A DNA stretch of 63,038 bases, the filler included, from a bacterium (GTDB taxonomy: Bacteria > JALSQH01), in the NCBI GenBank assembly GCA_026985515.1. It is 5 parts of 5 records of this genome, joined end to end, with 100 filler letters (N's around TTAATTAATTAA, not from the genome) between each part and the next. Parts side by side here need not be neighbours in the genome. Positions count along the whole stretch, not along the records: positions 59,612 to 63,038 come from JALSQH010000265.1; 4 more parts are not named here. One strand, given 5' to 3'. Position numbers and translations under genes: made by a program. Below are positions 59,612 through 63,038 of the stretch, in pieces. The notes below the pieces were generated by a model. That model was not told where the DNA came from. It made no database searches and was given only the letters and a program-made list of their open reading frames with translations. Each line of letters opens with the position of its first letter. Positions within the stretch are counted from its first letter, which is position 1.

Positions 59612-61101
59612 GTCTCAGGATTTAATGGATCAATTTCAGCTATCTTTTCCAGATCGATGTATGGAATATCATACCCCAGATCTTTATTAACTGTAGCAAT
59701 GAACATGTCTGCTATGAGTGCATATCCGGTGTAGGTGAGGTGGACTGCATCAAGACTTACCAGTCCATCAAGAAAGTCATTGGTGAAAATCTGATTACCT
59801 ATTACCACTCCTCCATCCCGAATGATGATACCCCCTTCCATTTTATAACTCTCACCATTTTCTCTGGATTTCTTCATTTTTTCGAGGTAACCTCGGAAAT
59901 CCACTATGTGGATATTATCAAATTTCTTTGCTTCTTCAGTAAATGCCATACTGTACTGTGCTGATATGCTTTTTAACCCTTTCCACCATTTATTTACATC
60001 TTCTTCTGAATAACCCTTTTGCAACAGTGCGTCTTTCATCTTTTTTACCAGTGGCATCATTGTGATGTCTGGCATATTTGCTATAAAGCCCATTATATTG
60101 TTTTCTTTCATAATTGTAAACATCTTCTGAAGTTCTCTTTTCACCGTACTCACAGGTGTTATGGAAGATAGAGAAGGTGTTCCATCCATCAGAGCAAATT
60201 CAAGAATATCATCGGCGTAGAGATCTGTGGAAAAGAGAATAGTTGGATGGAGTGAAACGGCATATTTGAATGGGCTACCCTGAGGTGGATCGGAGAATGC
60301 AAAATAAATGTCAGTGAAGGGGTTATAGGAAAGATTTTCAAGGACTGCAAGAGCTGGTATTCTTCCCTTTGTTGCTCCTTCCACAGTGTCCTGAATTGTT
60401 GCTCCCCCTATCCCTGCGTTGTATACCTGCAAATATGGATCAACGCGGTAGGTGGCAAGGGTGAATAGATTGTGATTGCTGCTTTTTAGAAGGCGGAATG
60501 TTCTCATAATTCTTCTAATGGGGAATTGGGTCACAGAAGTGTCTGTGCATTTCTGAAAAAATGTTCTGATATCCTGAGGTGGTAAAATCCCTTTCACCAC
60601 AAGTGCCTGGGGAAAGTATGCTCCAGCCTGTTTTGCAACCTGAGCAAAGGGACTGTAGAGCTGAAGATTCCATTCCAGCCCCATACTTATAAATCCATGG
60701 GTGTAACTGGCTCCCACGGCAACCATTTTTCTGAAGGCGGGATATCTTAAAGGTTCATATTTAAAGGCGGTTGGGAGAAGAAAATTGCCCCTGTTTGTAA
60801 AAACTTTAATGTCAAATCTTCCAGGCTTTTCGTTTCCTTCCACATATCCTTCTATTTTACCACCAGAATATTGGAGGTTATACAGGGGTTTACCTGCAAT
60901 TGTGACTTTCACAGAGGTTATTCCTGCGGGAAAGGATTCAGAGAAAATCTCTATTTTTATGTTTCCAAAAAGAGAGGAGTGATCGGGTACCACTGTGAAG
61001 TTTTTAACTACAATAAATTTTTTTGAATTTGACTTCCCACAGCCATATATGGTAATTATTGCCGTGGATAAGAGCACTAGAAGCTTGACGAATCTTTCCA
61101 A
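59612..61101 (-). CDS. Lipoprotein with IPT/TIG-like domain and SGNH/GDSL-type hydrolase (partial at 3' end)
   Basis: TTG start after GGAGG; lipobox IYGC; VAVGASYTHG, NAGIGGAT, DAVHLTYTGY. Confidence 0.75.
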
Positions 61102-61160
61102 AAGCACCTCCTGGTTAAAGCAATCTTTATCAGAAAAGTTAACGGGTGTCAAGTAAAATT

Positions 61161-61190
61161 TTTCAAAAAATGTGATATATATCATTGAAA
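61161..61190. promoter_or_regulatory. Palindromic candidate regulator site between divergent lipoprotein genes
   Basis: Perfect TGATATATATCA (61173-61184) within TGTGA-N6-TCATT, flanked by TTTCAA/TTGAAA. Confidence 0.4.
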
Positions 61191-61244
61191 TTTTGTTGAA
61201 CAGGCATTACACTACAAGTAGTATTTCTAAAAAGGGGAGAAGTC

Positions 61245-63038
61245 ATGAAGAAGAATCCAATTTTTTTATTATTTTCAATCCTTATGCTCTTTTTATACTC
61301 ATGTTCTTCCTCCCTTGACCATGTCAATCCTTACGATATTAAGACTCCGCCACGGAAACAGGCCCCTGCGACGTTATATGGTGAGGTTGTCCTGGAAGAT
61401 GAAAGTGATTGTTCTGGTGTGAATATAACTTTAACTGGCGATTTTTACTCAGCTTCAACTGCAACCTACAGAGAAACGACTGGTACTACCTCCTGCAGGT
61501 TCACTATTTCAGGTATTTATCCTGGTTCTTACAAAATGGTTGTTAGTACAAGATACTACAGACCCTACGTTAAGGAAATAGTTCTCCCCATCGGGGGCAT
61601 AGTGGATGCTGGTACAATTGAATTGAAATTGCTCAGGGTAAAGGTTAATGGATCAGTGAAGCTGTTATCTGAGGATGGAGGATTTGAAAGTCCTTCCGGT
61701 ACTGTAATTACCCTGAGGAAAGTGGGAAGCATTAAGATGAACACTTCGGCACACTCTTACACCTTTTTCCCTCAAGCAGAAAGCGTGAGTGTGAGCTATA
61801 CAGCTGTGGCTTCTGAGGATGGAACTTTTACAGTCACTGATGTTCCTGCTGGTGTTTATGACATTGTTGCGGAAAAAGAGGGGTATGCGCCGGGTGTGAT
61901 TGCAGGCTACAGGATTGGTAAAAATGAGGAAGCAGAGGATAATGTTGGAACCATTTCTCTCAGAAAAGTGACGGGAGATTTTGAGATTGTGGGGTATCTT
62001 TCCCCTTTGAATGTTATTCCACCAGTTGAAAGTAACAGATATACAGCAACTACAGAGGTGACTCTTAATCTTTATGGATTTAACGCTGTTCAGATGATTG
62101 TTGTCAATGGAACGAAAGATAAATGTGATTTCTCAAAGGGTAGTTGGGAAGATTTCACTGCAAGCAAAAAGTGGTTTTTATCCCCGGGTGATGGTTTAAA
62201 GTATGTTTGTGTAAGGTTCAGAGACCTTTCAGGTAGAGAGAGCAAAATTTTGAGAAGCAGCATTACTCTTGATACTGAAAAGCCAGTTATTTACAGATTC
62301 GAACCACTGAGCAGCGAATATTTGAATTTTTACGATGGCGTTTATTACTGGAGAGGAGGAGATACCCTGCCATTTCAATTTTCAATTTATGATGAAACTT
62401 CGGGTGTAAAGGGTTTTTATATTGAGGAAGATGGTAAGCCACTATGGAATAAGGAAAATATTGGCAACTGGGTTTCATTCAGAAATTATTATTCAGTGAC
62501 CATTACGTCGGAGGGTGAGCACAAATTCAAAGGATGTTTCAGTGATTTTTCTCACAATGTCACCTGTACTTCTGTGCCTCTCATTGTGGTCAAAGATACC
62601 CATGTACCCTCACTTCAGCTTGATATTTATTCACCTTCCATTACCAGTTCCCCTGATGTGGAGTACCACCTGACAGCTGATGATGGCATAAATAATGTTT
62701 CTTCTCTTCTCTTTGAAGTGTCAGACAGGGATGATTTTGCCGGTGCCACATGGCAACCATTTACTTCAACTGGCGTATTTCATTTTTCCTCTGATGGTGA
62801 CGTAACCCTTTATGCACGGGTAAAGGACAGAGCAGGAAATATCAGCAGTACAGTTTCCCGGGATATAACAATTGATACAACACCTCCTCAAAATATAGTA
62901 TTCAGACCTGTAAGTATTTATGTTAATTCAGATACACCCCTGTTCTACATTTCTGCAGATGGAGCCACCTACTACAGGATATGTGAGTCATCATCTTTCC
63001 AGGGAAGTAATTGTCGCTGGAGAGATTACAACCCGGGA
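61245..63038 (+). CDS. Large surface lipoprotein with carboxypeptidase-regulatory-like and Ig-like repeats (runs off window; not in ORF track)
   Basis: GGGGAG SD; MKKNPIFLLFSILMLFLYSC lipobox; DGTFTVTDVPAGVYDIVAEKEGY; repeats LSPGDGLKYVCVRFRDLSG..ITLDT and DGDVTLYARVKDRAGN..ITIDTTPP. Confidence 0.85.
   Translation, partial: MKKNPIFLLFSILMLFLYSCSSSLDHVNPYDIKTPPRKQAPATLYGEVVLEDESDCSGVNITLTGDFYSASTATYRETTGTTSCRFTISGIYPGSYKMVVSTRYYRPYVKEIVLPIGGIVDAGTIELKLLRVKVNGSVKLLSEDGGFESPSGTVITLRKVGSIKMNTSAHSYTFFPQAESVSVSYTAVASEDGTFTVTDVPAGVYDIVAEKEGYAPGVIAGYRIGKNEEAEDNVGTISLRKVTGDFEIVGYLSPLNVIPPVESNRYTATTEVTLNLYGFNAVQMIVVNGTKDKCDFSKGSWEDFTASKKWFLSPGDGLKYVCVRFRDLSGRESKILRSSITLDTEKPVIYRFEPLSSEYLNFYDGVYYWRGGDTLPFQFSIYDETSGVKGFYIEEDGKPLWNKENIGNWVSFRNYYSVTITSEGEHKFKGCFSDFSHNVTCTSVPLIVVKDTHVPSLQLDIYSPSITSSPDVEYHLTADDGINNVSSLLFEVSDRDDFAGATWQPFTSTGVFHFSSDGDVTLYARVKDRAGNISSTVSRDITIDTTPPQNIVFRPVSIYVNSDTPLFYISADGATYYRICESSSFQGSNCRWRDYNPG

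Noticed and set aside
57707-61101. SGNH lipoprotein and penicillin acylase as one operon
   Set aside because: Separated by an artificial linker

Overview
Five contigs of a compact, AT-rich bacterial draft genome, joined by artificial 100-nt linkers (N44-TTAATTAATTAA-N44), so adjacency across the four gaps is not evidence. Gene content and order (recA-pilT-alaS, triple SurA/PrsA PPIases, stand-alone MshEN protein, lidless DnaK paralogue, many lipoproteins, WtpABC) suggest a diderm deltaproteobacteria-like lineage; this is inference only. Most genes are housekeeping: hup, tRNA-Val, tRNA-Asp, pdxA, uvrA, ispG, coaE, mreBC, pyrDK, fabH, rsmI, ade, hpt, ugd, recA, alaS. I found no CRISPR array, rRNA, transposase or prophage. 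Best candidate for an under-described system: a fully overlapping five-gene run (MshEN protein, TonB-dependent receptor, orphan periplasmic binding protein, HAMP histidine kinase, sigma54 activator; 34911-41289) that looks like a trans-envelope signalling relay. Other highlights: eight sigma70-like promoters 6-11 nt upstream of SD-less start codons (leaderless-type), bidirectional promoters sharing a -35 hexamer, a lidless Hsp70 with an amphipathic tail, a barrel/5-repeat/OmpA envelope tether, a ModE box over a modE-wtpABC start, a TetR-like operator at an acyl-CoA synthetase, a structured intergenic region, and a large lipoprotein ORF missed by the ORF track. All product calls come from motif recognition by eye; no searches were run.
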